Shown here in pieces: positions 52,505 through 64,000 of a stretch of 64,000 nucleotides of DNA; positions within the stretch are counted from its first letter, which is position 1; the number at the start of each line of letters is the position of its first letter. The DNA lies in the NCBI RefSeq assembly GCF_006345805.1, contig NC_042997.1:27962001-28026000 (forward strand), read 5' to 3'. A program made the position numbers and the translations under genes. A model generated the notes under the pieces. It was not told the DNA's origin, did not search any database, and was given only the letters and a program-made list of their open reading frames with translations. This stretch comes from Octopus sinensis. Its lineage: Eukaryota.

Positions 52505-54062
52505 TGTAGCTGGCCCAACCTGTGAAACACACAGACTAAGTCTACTTATGGACATCCTCTTGAAACCCTTCCTTAAACATATCGATAGCCATATCAGAGA
52601 TGACTTAGATATGTTAAACCACCTTCCAAAAAAAACCAAGGAAGAAACAATCCTGGTTTCATTTGATGTAGTCAACTTGTATACCAGTATACCTCATAAT
52701 TATGGACTGGAGGCAATACAATTCTGGTTAGACCAATTTCCGGAAGAAATACCAAAAATGATCAGTAAGGAATTCATTACTAAATCAATTGAATTCATCC
52801 TACACAATAACCACTTCATGTTTGACAATATATTTTACCGTAAAAAATCCGGAATTGCTATGGGTACAAGGGCAGCACCAGTCATTGCGAACTTAACAAT
52901 GGATACATGGAAATAATCATTTACCAGGATCTCTATCAATCTTTGGAAACTCCCTCTCTCAATACATAAAAGAGAATTGGAAACGATTCCTAGACGATTG
53001 TTTCATTCTCTGGAATGAAAACATAGATAAACTCCTAAAATTTAAAAACCTATTGAACGCATAAACCCAAATATACAGTTCACAATGGAATACAACCAAA
53101 AGGAGCTCCCGTTCTTGGATATACTAATTAAAAAATTAACCTTAAAATAGAAACAGACATTTTTTACAAGCCACAGACGCCAAACAATACCTTCTCTTAA
53201 TTCATGCCACCCAAGACACACTAAAACAAACATCCCCTTCAACCTTGCAAGAAGGATATGCACAATAGTGTCAGAACAAAATACCAGGAACTTTAGACTG
53301 CAAGAACTCAAAAACACCCTAATTGACAGACATTACCCAGCTCAACTCATAGAGGATGGGATCAGACGTGCAACAGAAATCAACATAGAAACTTTAAGAA
53401 AAGTTCAACACAACAACACACCTTCCCCGAAAATACTACCTTACATATCTACATACAACCCCAGAAACAAAGAAGCCTTCACCATCATCACCCAGAATTT
53501 ACCAATACTTCATAAAAACCCAAAATTAAAGGAAATTCTAAACATACACCAAATCGTTAAAAGCTACAAACAGCCTAAATCACTTAAAAAGATTCTCACA
53601 AAGGCAAAATTGTCTTCTAAAATTACGGATGCAAAAGTAAAAAAATGTGGTAGATCGAACTGTGCAACATGTCCTAACCTATTGGAAGGATCAGAATTCT
53701 TCTTTAAAGAGGGACAGAAATTTAAGATCAAATCTAACTTTACTTGTGCCTCTGAAAACATAATTTATGTTATTAAATGCTCGGGCTGCCACCAAGACTA
53801 CGTGGGTTCCACGGGACTATCACTCAGGCGCAGATGCACACTGCATCGACAACAGATTGCATTCCCAGAATATAGAATGATACCTTTTAGTGAGCACATT
53901 GAGAAATGCGCAAAGCAACTACTGCCACAATTTTTAATCTTCCCATTTTACCAATGTGCTTTCGGATCATCAACACAAATGAGACTGAACAAGGAAACAT
54001 TCTTCATTGAAAAGTACAAACCCAGACTCAACCATCCGAACATACTGAGACAGAGAAATTAA
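52505..54062 (+). CDS. PLE RT to GIY-YIG endonuclease ORF (inverted copy with several single-base deletions)
   Basis: ORFs 52497-52916 (RT) and 53268-54062 (thumb, Zn-linker, GIY-YIG, ending YKPRLN). Confidence 0.85.
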
Positions 54063-54210
54063 CAAGGAAAAGGGGGAATAAAAAAAAAAAAAAAAATTTA
54101 AGCGATTATCTCCCCTACACCGGAAAAAATCACTCACTACCTCCCCTTATTTAGAAATCTCCTGGAAATAAAAACAACGATAATTCCATGCAATATAAAC
54201 ATAACGTCAC

Positions 54211-54250
54211 AAGAAATTTGAAAAGCTACACGCGAAACCGGTAATTTCTT
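54211..54250 (+). ncRNA. 40-nt minimal hammerhead ribozyme with U3-A8 core in the PLE 3' UTR; predicted cleavage after A54243
   Basis: AAGAAAU UUGAAAA GC uacac GC GAAAC CG GUA AUUUCUU. Stem I is a perfect 7 bp, stem II is 2 bp, and stem III is the palindrome ACCGGU. Confidence 0.82.
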
Positions 54251-54384
54251 TAAAAATTTTAAAATTATGTCATTTTAAGGAAAAGGAAAAAAAATTTTTC
54301 CAATATTCTCCAGACATTTTGACACAAATATATATATTTTTTAACATTTAAGCCTCCTGTCGTTTTTTCACACTTTACTATTTT

Positions 54385-54427
<43 letters not shown>

Positions 54428-54477
54428 ATTATAATATATATAAGTATATATATATATGTATATATGTATGTATGTAT

Positions 54478-54640
54478 ATGTTTGTGTGTCTAGTCCACCA
54501 TCGCTTGACAACCTATTTTAGTGTGTTTATGTCTCCGTAACTTAGCGGTTCGGCAAAATTGAACGATAGAATAAGTACTATGCTTACAAACAATAAGTAC
54601 TGGGGTCAATTTTGAATGACTGAAACAAATAAAAGAATAC
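54478..54640 (+). mobile_element. SINE family A, 3' part
   Basis: CATCGCTTGACAACC...GTAACTTAGCGGTTCGGCAAAA...ATGACTGAAACAA continues the copy begun at 49866. Confidence 0.85.
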
Positions 54641-54664
54641 AAGAAAGAAAAGAATGTATAAGTA

Positions 54665-54950
54665 GGAGTTATGGAATGATGTATCAGAAATCCGGACCAC
54701 ACGTATTTCATATTGAGTGGAACATCAGAAGTGATAAAATCCAAGTGTGGTGTTTAGGTTTATACCTCCGGCTAATCTTCAGGCGAAGGATATATTGATA
54801 TGATTAATTAATCTTGATTAGATAATGTAATCAAGATATCCTTGGCCTTTAAGTGGTATGCATCTTCCCTCGATTTTAGCACTCCTGGGGTTTCGCTCGC
54901 TATGAAACTTATGCAGCCCTGTTTTCTCAATACTCCATTCCATAACTTTT
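54665..54950. mobile_element. Degenerate fold-back / MITE-like inverted repeat
   Basis: AGTTATGGAATG pairs with CATTCCATAACT. TTTCATATTGAGTGGAACATCAGAAGTGATAAAATC resembles the reverse complement of 54872-54907. Confidence 0.6.
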
Positions 54951-55521
54951 GTATTCTTTTTGCACACTCGGTAAACCTGGTTTCCTAACGAGGAATATAA
55001 TAGGGACATTTTTCAGCTAATTGTTCTTCAATAAACGAAAAATTATTTGCAATACTCCGTCTCAATAAACCAACAATGTTCCTAACTTTCATCGTATACC
55101 CCGATCCCTATCCTGTATAAAAGGATAAGACACTTATTTAAAGTAACCATCATATCAAATGGTAAGAAAAACCTTATGGGTAATAATTATTCTAAAATTA
55201 TATATAAAGGTATTTAAGAGATACCGACATGCTAGAGATAGCAGTCAAAACCTGACTCTACAACTACATCATGTATTCATACACCATAACATGGAAAGAT
55301 ATATACACAGATAGACTAGCAAAAATTACTGAATAACTCCAGAGCCGGATTTCTGACTCTGTATAAAAATATAACTAGCCTAATCTGTGAGGTATACCAA
55401 AATAGAACATAATTACAAAAATACCTATATACAACATATGAATACTTACATATACACAAGTATACATACATACATTCATACATACACACATACATACACA
55501 TATACATATACCTATACATAC

Positions 55522-55863
55522 AGGCGCATGGCTCAGTGGTTAGAGCGTCGAGCTTACGATCGTGAGGTTGTGAGCTCGAATCCCGGACCAGGCTGCGTGT
55601 TGTGTTCTTGAGCAAGGCACTTTATTTCACGTTCCTCCAGTTCACTCAACTGTAGAAATGAGTTGCGACGTCACTGGTGCCAAGCTGTATCAACCTTTGT
55701 CTTTCCCTTGGATAACACTGGTGGCGTGGAGAGGGGAGGCAGGTATGCATGGGCGACTGCTGGTCTTCCATAAACAACCTTGCCCGGACTTGTGTCTAGG
55801 AGGGTAACTTTCTAGGTGCAATCCCATGGTCATTCATGACCGAAGGGGGTCTTTACCTTTTTA
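55522..55863 (+). mobile_element. tRNA-derived SINE, family C (full length)
   Basis: It has an A box TGGCTCAGTGG, a B-box-like GAGCTCGAATCCC, a TGTGTTCTTGAGCAAGGCAC core and a (CTTTAC)-like tail. Confidence 0.88.
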
Positions 55864-56771
55864 CATACATACATACATACATATATACATACATACATAT
55901 ATATATTTTAATTTTTAAATTGTCTCAATTTGAAAGCTGTGGTCATGGTGGGGCACCACTGTTATATATTATATATGTGTATGTGTGTGTGAATGCGTCT
56001 GTGATTGAGTATATGAATGAATGTGTTAGTGAGTGTCTGTGTGTATTTGGATGTGTCTGCCCGTGCGCATGTGTATGTATTTCTGTATGTTTCCATGTCC
56101 ATGAATGTGAATTATTGGATGGCACTAATGGTATGTGATTAATATCTACTGTCTGATCTCACTTTTTCTCAAACTCTGCAGCTTTCCATTCTCTGTTACA
56201 CACTCTTTCTTCTTTCCCCTCCCTCATTTATTGTTTTCCTCTCCCCTTAAGTGTCGTTGGTAATAACGTGTCAAAAAAAAAAAAAACGGGGTGGAAATCT
56301 TTTGACGTACACTTTCGTAATATTTTGCCAGATATTTCCAGAATACGAACCGAAATTAATTCTATACATCAAAGACATACAAAGAATGTACTTAACTCTT
56401 CATAAACCCTCCCGCCATATATTTTGTGTTGCATCTGTATGTAAGGGAAATAGAGTATTTTGTTTCTCGCCCTTAGTCAAAAGTGAGGTAGCAATGAAAA
56501 TTTTCGAGGAGCGAATCACTTAGATTTGGCTTTTAATAAAATATATTTTAAATGCCATATAATATGGAAAGGTTTATTGCAATTTCCTCAATTTGTGTGT
56601 GTGTGTGTGTGTGTTTATGTGTGTGAGTGTGTGTGTTTATGTGTATTTGTGTGATTATATTTGACGGTAATTAGAAATTGACGATAATGAGATGTCAGTA
56701 ATCTCTGATTGATATTTCCCGTGGAAATCAACGTGCCATTGTTGTTGCAAGACTTCATGTTTATTCCCAGA

Positions 56772-57156
56772 CTAGCAGTATCGCCCGGCGTTGCTCGGGT
56801 TTGTAAGGGAAATAACTATAAAGCATTTTTAGAGAGTTATAGCCAAAAATAGCAAAAAAATGGGGAAAAAAATGATGGTAAATTTTTTTTTGATAGTTAA
56901 AAAGGTCGAGTTGCGTCCCCTAGACCATCTGTGGTTTGTGTTTCTGAATCTCGACCCCATGTCGAATTTATCGATCTTTTTCAGAACTGGGGGAACTTTT
57001 CAAAATTTTCGCTGCGTTAGTTTTGAATTATGACATTGGGCTATGTGTGCGTCAAGTTTCATCAGAATCGGTTGAAAGCCGTGGTCAGGGTGAGGGTACA
57101 ACCTGACAGACACACAGACACGCACACAGACAAACTGCCGTTTATATATAGAGAGA
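56772..57156 (-). mobile_element. Non-autonomous Helitron, copy 2
   Basis: Same TC...hairpin...CTAG structure as 23596-23978. The empty site reconstructs as CCCAGA|TATAATCCC (A|T target). Confidence 0.88.
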
Positions 57157-57557
57157 TATAATCCCGCTGAATCGACTCTTCGACTTACGTAATATATGTT
57201 GTGTTAACGTGTAAAGGATTGCAATCCCTGATAACTCTTCTGCAATTCAAAATATGTGTTTAGAAGCACGAACCGAAATACAACCTGAATTTAATATAAA
57301 ATCTAGTGTTCCTGATCAAACATTCATACTAATAGTGTTTTTTTTCTTTTACGATGTTCAAAACAACTACAAACACATTATGCATAGACTAATCTGAATT
57401 ATACATCGTTCAATAATTTCGCTTTGGAAGTGAAAGTAGTTTCCAACTGTAACCGTAAACAAGGACATGCTCTTAGCGTTCCTGTGCTGTTTACCTCTGT
57501 ACATTTAAACATGGATAGTCAGAAAAATATATTTTATTGAAGGTTATATCAAAATGA

Positions 57558-57920
57558 AGGTGCAATGGCTCAGTGGTTAGGGAAGTGGACTGGCGGTCGT
57601 AGGATCGCGGTTTCGATTCCCAGACCGGATGTTGTGAGTGTTTAGTGAGCAAAAATACTTAAAAAGCTACACGAGGCTCCGGCAGAGGGTGGTGGCGAAC
57701 CCTGCTGTACTCTTTCACCACAACTCTCTCTCTCACTCTTTCTTCCTGTTTCTGTTGTACCTGTATTTTAAAGGGCCAGTCTTGTCACACTCTGTGTTAC
57801 GATGAATGTCCCCGAGAACTACGTTAAGGGTACACGTGTCTATGGAGTGCTCAGCCACTTGCACGTTAATTTCAGGAGCGGGCTGTTCTTTGATCGGATC
57901 GACCCTGGTCATCGTTAACC
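57558..57920 (+). mobile_element. tRNA-derived SINE, family B
   Basis: Colinear with the reverse complement of 59404-59790. Confidence 0.9.
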
Positions 57921-58566
57921 AATATCAAAACACTTAGTTGCATATAATTTTACAAACGAATATTATTAGTTAAATTAATAACTATGGAAAATTATGTGTT
58001 GTCTTTTGATTACTGGTATTCTATTCAAGTCTTTTTTCGGGCGTGGGCTTGCACACATGCAGTGCTTTTAGCATATGTCAAAAGGACCCTTCCAAACATG
58101 AAGGTGTGTTCATACGACTAATATACAATTATGTCCAGGTGAATATTTCGTTGCATCTACGTGGAAAAATTAGTCATGCTTATTCAATCAAACCTCTACA
58201 CGTTTGTAAACGCAATATCCGATTTCTGTGTAGGCTTCGTGCTTGTCGAGGTAAGATTTATAATTTTAATTACAAGAGCTGTAATCAGTGGGTCGATTGG
58301 ATAACTAACCGCATACATATCTCCCAACTCTATACATATATAGTGAGTTTATGTTACTTTTTAATAGATTTCATTTAGAAATATATAACCATGATGGTGC
58401 ACCAGCTTGAATGTATTTAATGAATTGTCTCAACAACAATAATCATTTCAGTCTGTTTCTTATTTATAGATCTTTGTTGAACTTTTAAGTTACAAAACCC
58501 AAAAGTTACAACATAAAAAAATAACGATGGACTTTAGGCATAATAAACTGTAAAATGGAATAAAAT

Positions 58567-58602
<36 letters not shown>

Positions 58603-58687
58603 ATATTTGTGTGTGTGTGTGTTTATGTGTGAGTGAGTATGTATTTCTTCATATTTATATCCTATATATTTATACACTGGCATACAT

Positions 58688-59265
58688 ATCATGGCCGCCC
58701 ACTCATGACCGAGGAGAACCATTGCTGACCTTCAGGAACATTGTGCGCTCTAGGACTAACTTATATTTTGTTTTTGCAGCTCTGTTGGTGGTTAATGAGC
58801 CCTGCTCTTGACAAGCATACATAACTGCAAACATTGCAAACCAAGCTTTCCCCATTTACTACACCAGCAGTGCGCTTTCGAGCAGCACGTTTAAGTTCTT
58901 CATGCAGAATACGTGCTCTCCCAAAAATATCGACCCACTCCTTAACCTGCTTCCTCCATCTTTGGCGATGACAGGCATTGCTCCTCCAGTCAGTCTCCTG
59001 CATATCACAGGCCTTTAATGAGGACTTGACACAGTCCTTACATCGCAGCCTTGGATTCTGCCGAGCTCTTTGTCCATTCACAAGTTCCCCATATAGCCTT
59101 TGCTTAGGGATCTTGCTATCCTTCATTCTAATAAGGTGTCCAGTCTAACGTAACCGGTGCTTGTGCACCATCGCCTCAATACTCAAGATATCAGCTGTTC
59201 TCAGGACCTGTGTGTCTGGAGTTTTTAAGGTCCGGTCAACGTTCAGAATGTGTCTGAGATATCTC
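58688..59265 (-). pseudogene. RTE-clade LINE 3' fragment with C-terminal zinc finger
   Basis: ORF 58761-59126 reads IPKQRLYGEL...PRLRCKDCVK...WR...CNVCSYVCLSRAGLINHQQSC. Upstream are SIEAMV and HRLR*TGHLIRM. Confidence 0.88.
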
Positions 59266-59403
59266 GCATGAGTAAAGGAGCAAAGTCAGTACACATATCG
59301 GTACACAGCATATATATATATATATGTATGTATATACACACACATACATGAATACCTCCCACACACACACGCTCACACACATATGTATGCTGTTACTTTA
59401 TAT

Positions 59404-59790
59404 GGATGGAAGCACTCCGTCGGTTACGACGACGAGGGTTCCGGTTGATCCGAACCAACGGAACAGCCTGCTCGTGAAATTAACGTGTAAGTGGCTGAGC
59501 ACTCCACAGACACGTGTACCCTTAACGTAGTTCTCGGGGATATTCAGCGTGAGACAGAGGGTGACAAGGCCGGTCCTTTGAAATACAGGTACAACAGAAA
59601 CAGGAAGTAAGAGTGAGAGAAAGTTGTGGTGAAAGAGTACAGCAGGGATCAGCACCATCCCCTGCCGGAGCCTCGTGGAGCTTTAGGTGTTTTCGCTCAA
59701 TAAACACTCACAACGCCCGGTCTGGGAATCGAAACCGCGATCCTATGACCGCGAGTCCGCTGCCCTAACCACTGGGCCATTGCGCCTCCA
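59404..59790 (-). mobile_element. Full-length young SINE family B with 14-bp TSD
   Basis: CTGTTACTTTATAT occurs at 59390-59403 and 59791-59804. The tRNA-like head has TGGCCCAGTGG and GGTTTCGATTCCC. Confidence 0.95.
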
Positions 59791-60069
59791 CTGTTACTTT
59801 ATATAACAGTTATGTGACTCTGAATCGTAATCTTATGGCTTTGTTCATGATCGTGAAGTGGAGAAGAACAATAAGTACGAGGAAAATGACGCTGATGTGT
59901 TAATCTCTTTGGAACAACAATATATTGCAATTCCTCTTGCATGGTATGAAACTGTCCAAAGCTCATAAATCCACATAAAGGTTTACGCTAGTTAAAAATT
60001 AACGATACTTATATTATTGATTTTTTTTAGCGTAGATATAAGGTCATATACATTAAAAAACATTTTAAT

Positions 60070-60225
60070 GGAGATCAATACTTAACTGAAAATTATTTTA
60101 TCGATCCTGGAAGGAAGGCGATCAAAGTTGAAGGTGATGGGATTTGAATTCAAAACGTTAGGAAGAATGACTACACATAGCAAGACATTTTGTACGGAGT
60201 CCTACCTAATCTAAGATCCATCGCT
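60070..60225 (-). mobile_element. Old SINE family D copy
   Basis: TTTTATCGATCCTGGAAGGAAGGCGATCAAAGTTGA...GGATTTGAATTCAAAACGT. Confidence 0.55.
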
Positions 60226-60259
60226 TTTAAACAATACTAATATTGTAATCTAACGGAAG

Positions 60260-60745
60260 TTATCTATTGGTCAATTAGTCCGCTGAAAATAGCAAACAAA
60301 CCAACCTCAAATTAGAGCTCAACCTTCGAGAAAAATATAGATAAGGTGGTTCTAAGTTCTATACCTAAGGAAGAAACATTGGATTGGTATGACTAGAATT
60401 CCTTGGTCATAAGTGTACTTCATGTCAGCTGGGCTGGGGGTTACCCACAAACAGCAACAGCAAGAAAAATAGCTATTATATTTGTTGCGCTCTACCGATA
60501 ATATAAAGTTAATGAAATTGTAGCTGTGTCAACTGCACTATCGAAACCCAAAAGAACGTTTTCCTCTGTCCCTTGTCCGACAAGAAATGGCGAAGAAGTA
60601 TCTTTCTGATCACACTCTGCCGTCTTTATAAACTTGGATAATAAATTATGAGAAGTAAGTAGGTGTTAAAAACATGGAAATTTCTTGGTAAAAAGGTATT
60701 TTATCATAAATCTACTCGATCAGATTTCAGAGAGTAAACAACAAC
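60260..60745 (+). mobile_element. Two old copies of a dispersed repeat tail (relatives at about 28075-28250, 19465-19500, 55225-55260)
   Basis: A degenerate motif recurs: (C)TAGAAATAGCAG/ACCAAA ... TTTGATCATAGGTCT...AAACAACAAC. Confidence 0.45.
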
Positions 60746-61059
60746 ATAAAAATGTACATTAACTACAGAGATCGATGCTAAGGCGGACGATAACTATAAA
60801 AACCGAATATAACGGAAATATTAGCAACGGTTTCCTTTAAGCACAAAACCACAAATTCTGCTCTGGAATAACTAGTGAGAAAAAAAAAAAACATTAAGAG
60901 CGTACTTAGTGGATTGGTGGAACGGGTACTGCATCTGTTCATTTCTGTTCTGGATTTACTTTCCTAAAAGCAGCAGAGCTGAACTAGGATTTCTCAAAGG
61001 ATATCCCACAATAGATATAAGAAAACAAACATACATACTTTCAGAATACAGGAATATTA

Positions 61060-61260
61060 GTTTCTAACGTAGGCACATGTATCATCTTTGAGTAATGTGT
61101 TAAGTCGAATATATCAATCCAAGTACTTCACTGGCACTTCGTTCTATCGACCTCAGAGAGGTCAATAAAACTGACCTTAGGGTGATTTGAACTCAATACA
61201 CGTGACAAATGCCTCATACATATTTCGATATGTTAACGATCCTGCCAAATCACAGTCTTA
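61060..61260 (-). mobile_element. Old SINE family D copy
   Basis: TTAAGTCGAATATATCAATCC...CTGGCACTT...ATCGACC...GATTTGAACTCA...GTTAACGATCCTGCCA. Confidence 0.6.
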
Positions 61261-61270
61261 GAAATGTCAG

Positions 61271-61304
<34 letters not shown>

Positions 61305-62549
61305 CTGTTAACGTTATTATAGCATTACAGCGGTTACTGATACATTTTAAGCTTGGGAATGCAGCACAACTGGAATCTAACAACCGTCACATATAACAAC
61401 TTGAGACGGCTCGTTGTGCTATTAGTCCGGTGTAGTTACGCGGCCATTAGAGGTTATGGGCAAAGCTGTGTTTTAATGTAGTATTGAATGTACTACTGAC
61501 TACTCCGAATTTAAATTACATTGCTTAAAACAAAGCAGTCATAAAACATATCGAAAATTCAAAACATGTGTTTACATATATGTATGTATGTTTGAATGTA
61601 TATGAGTGAATGTGAGACCGTGCGCACGTGTGTATACACAATCGCATGCACACCTACCCACACAATACGCCGTTTTATAAAACTTGTTTTTCGTTTTGTT
61701 CCTTTATTCTATTTTGCTGAAACACAAACAAAAGAAATGCTCTGTCTACAAATATTATACGTCTTTATGTAAGAAGTATACGCGTATTTCTCATTAAATA
61801 TAATTGCTAAAATTTGGCATTAACAAAATGAAAGAGTAAATATCTTAACTAGTTAATATGTTTTCAAAAAGTGCAATGAAAATTAGTTCAATAGAACGTG
61901 GTGCAGCCGTGAACTAACGTAGATCTGTCGACAGAAACATAAGAAGAATCCGAAGAACAATTAATTGTATGACAATACAATGCATTGACTCTACTAAGAA
62001 ACAGATTTGTAACGCCTGATAGCTTTTGTGTGCTTGACAGAAGACATTGAATTTTTAAAAAAATGTTGAAGAAAACTTTTAAAAAGCAACGATGAAGTTA
62101 TAAGTAGGAAACAAAAAACATTTATTCTGTCTCAGCTAATCGTTTATTTTGAAGCACAAAATATATTTAACATAAGAAGCTGAAAGAATATTTTTTTAAA
62201 ATTCAAAATTTAAGACAAATTAATAATTGCTTAGAAGAATCTGTTGCTAAAAAGAAAATAAAAAGTTAGCACCAACATTGATTTCCATAGTAAAAATTGA
62301 TTACGATATATTATATTTGAAAGTTACCATCACAATGGTTTATTTTTATTGAATACAATGGAAAATGTTAAAAACTTGCATTTTGTTCTATTGCCTTGTA
62401 TATACAATAATATACGTAAATTGCTTACTATTACTATTGTTAATCAATTATACGCACACACACACATATACATACACTTATATAATATATATATGTGTGT
62501 GTGTGTATGTGTATATATCTATATCTATCTATCTATCTATCTACCTATA

Positions 62550-62596
<47 letters not shown>

Positions 62597-63227
62597 GAAT
62601 ATACATAAATGCATATATACACGCATACACACGAACAGACTCACACATGTATATTTACATTAATACATAAGATGTATATATACATATATACATACATATT
62701 GCTACACACATATTTGTGTGATAAACTGAGTGGTGGAATGGGGAAAAATACTGATATATCAGTCTAGTGTTTCCATTCAATTCGTACTGTGTGGTAGTCA
62801 GGAAGGGTCGAGTAAAAACCACGTATACTTGTTAGTTTTACATTTTGTCAAAAAAAAAAAAAAATGCGTTTATTTTCGTTCAGAACGTATACCGAATAAA
62901 CTAAATACTGCAACCCATTTTATCTCTAGTTCTCCCGATACAGCTTACCACCGCCCTTAATTAGTGATTTTTTTTTGCAAAAGCTTAGATACACACATTC
63001 AGGTGGAGGGGGATAACACTTATTAAATTGACGTCTGTACTTGTCTGTAACTGATTTACTCCAGAGAAATATAACAGAAAGTTCACTATGGTAGGGTTTG
63101 AACTAGCGTTGTAAAGCAACACAACTGGTTAATGCAACTTCTTTTTTTTCCGCGCTTTGTCGCAACAATAAAAATTCATTAAAAAATTATGCTCTTCGTC
63201 ATGGCTAGCATACTATTTGCCTGATGT

Positions 63228-63545
63228 TGGTTCCGGTGACACTACTGGCACTCTATCGATTATGACGACAAGGGTCCAGTTGATTCCGTCAACAAAACAA
63301 CATTCAAATGAAATTAACATACACCTGACTAAGAACCACACAAACACGCATATCCTTAACATAGTTCTCAAGGAGACTAGAGTGACACAGAAGGTAACAA
63401 GGCTGGCCCTTTGAATTACAAGTTCAACTGATTTTTGCAAGCTGAGTTGACTAGAACAATGTGAAATAAAGTGTTTTGTTCGAGAACTTAACCCTCCACC
63501 GGGTTTGGAGCCGAATTCCCTAACCACTTAGTCACACGCCTTCCA
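63228..63545 (-). mobile_element. Chimeric SINE: family-C-like head/body with family-B tail
   Basis: On the minus strand, ACACTTTATTTCACATTGTTCTAGTCAACTCAGCT (C body) is followed by TTCAAAGGGCCAGCCTTGT...GAGAACTATGTTAAGG (B tail). Confidence 0.7.
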
Positions 63546-64000
63546 GTGACATAAAATGCAGGGTCCAACCATAGGGATATTCAAACGCAGAACCTGGAGT
63601 TATGAAATGCATTATATGGTAGATACCGTCGACAACCTGCTTCTATTCTCAGCCCATATTCTGTTTATTTGGACTGGACGCACAAGTACAAAGCTTTCCA
63701 TCTGCGGTGAACACAGACGACTAGTTTTAAATTTAGTTTATCAAAAATGTTATTATGACCAAATAAATTATTAATTGTTTTTGTTTTGTTACTATATGAT
63801 CAATATTATTCAACCACTGATCTTTCTAAATTTTTTTTTATCTAATTATCCCTGCGTTGATATAACAACATTTTTTTTTCTAAAGTGTTCACGGTTTTCT
63901 AAGACTGTAGGTTGTGATTTCAGGAAGATTTGGTTGCTATTTCTAGGTCGAACGACCAAGTAAATATTCATTCGCTGTCTTAAATATTAGATATGAATGA

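Larger units (their letters stand above)
49993..54390. mobile_element. Penelope-like retroelement (RT + GIY-YIG, Neptune-like) as a fold-back: minus copy 49993-52495, plus copy 52505-54390
   Basis: RT motifs: FYGLPKIHK, LRPIVAG, SFDVVNLYTSIP, GIAMGTRAAPVIANL, KRFLDD, LPFLDI. Zn-linker: CGRSNCATC. Endonuclease: NIIY...C..C..YVGST...RRR...H. The two arms are nearly identical. Confidence 0.95.

Overview
This is AT-rich, microsatellite-dense animal genomic DNA. The SINE types and repeat landscape suggest a coleoid cephalopod such as Octopus, but that is an inference. I cannot support any host protein-coding exon, and most ORF-track entries are translations of simple repeats. The window is almost entirely mobile-element material. 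It holds a decayed Tx1/L1-like ORF1 with a CCHC knuckle, remnants of CR1-like, RTE and R4/Dong-like LINEs, Chapaev3 and Tc1/mariner remnants, two copies of a non-autonomous Helitron, and at least four tRNA-derived SINE families. A young Penelope-like element (PLE; RT plus GIY-YIG endonuclease) forms a 4.4-kb fold-back at 49993-54390. The most striking signal is a dense set of minimal type I hammerhead ribozyme motifs, about 17 motifs from about 11 apparently unrelated sequence families, found by eye on both strands. Several have perfect cores (17671-17756, 18103-18188, 43713-43795, 46333-46454). Two unrelated families carry a compensatory U3-A8 core (UUGAAAA). One family has a tRNA-like Pol III promoter between a PLE ORF end and its ribozyme. 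Many of these elements sit in (TA)n tracts, and in four of them the inverted arm stops at an internal TA run, which suggests microhomology-primed inversion. All RNA structures were read by eye and have not been folded computationally or tested.
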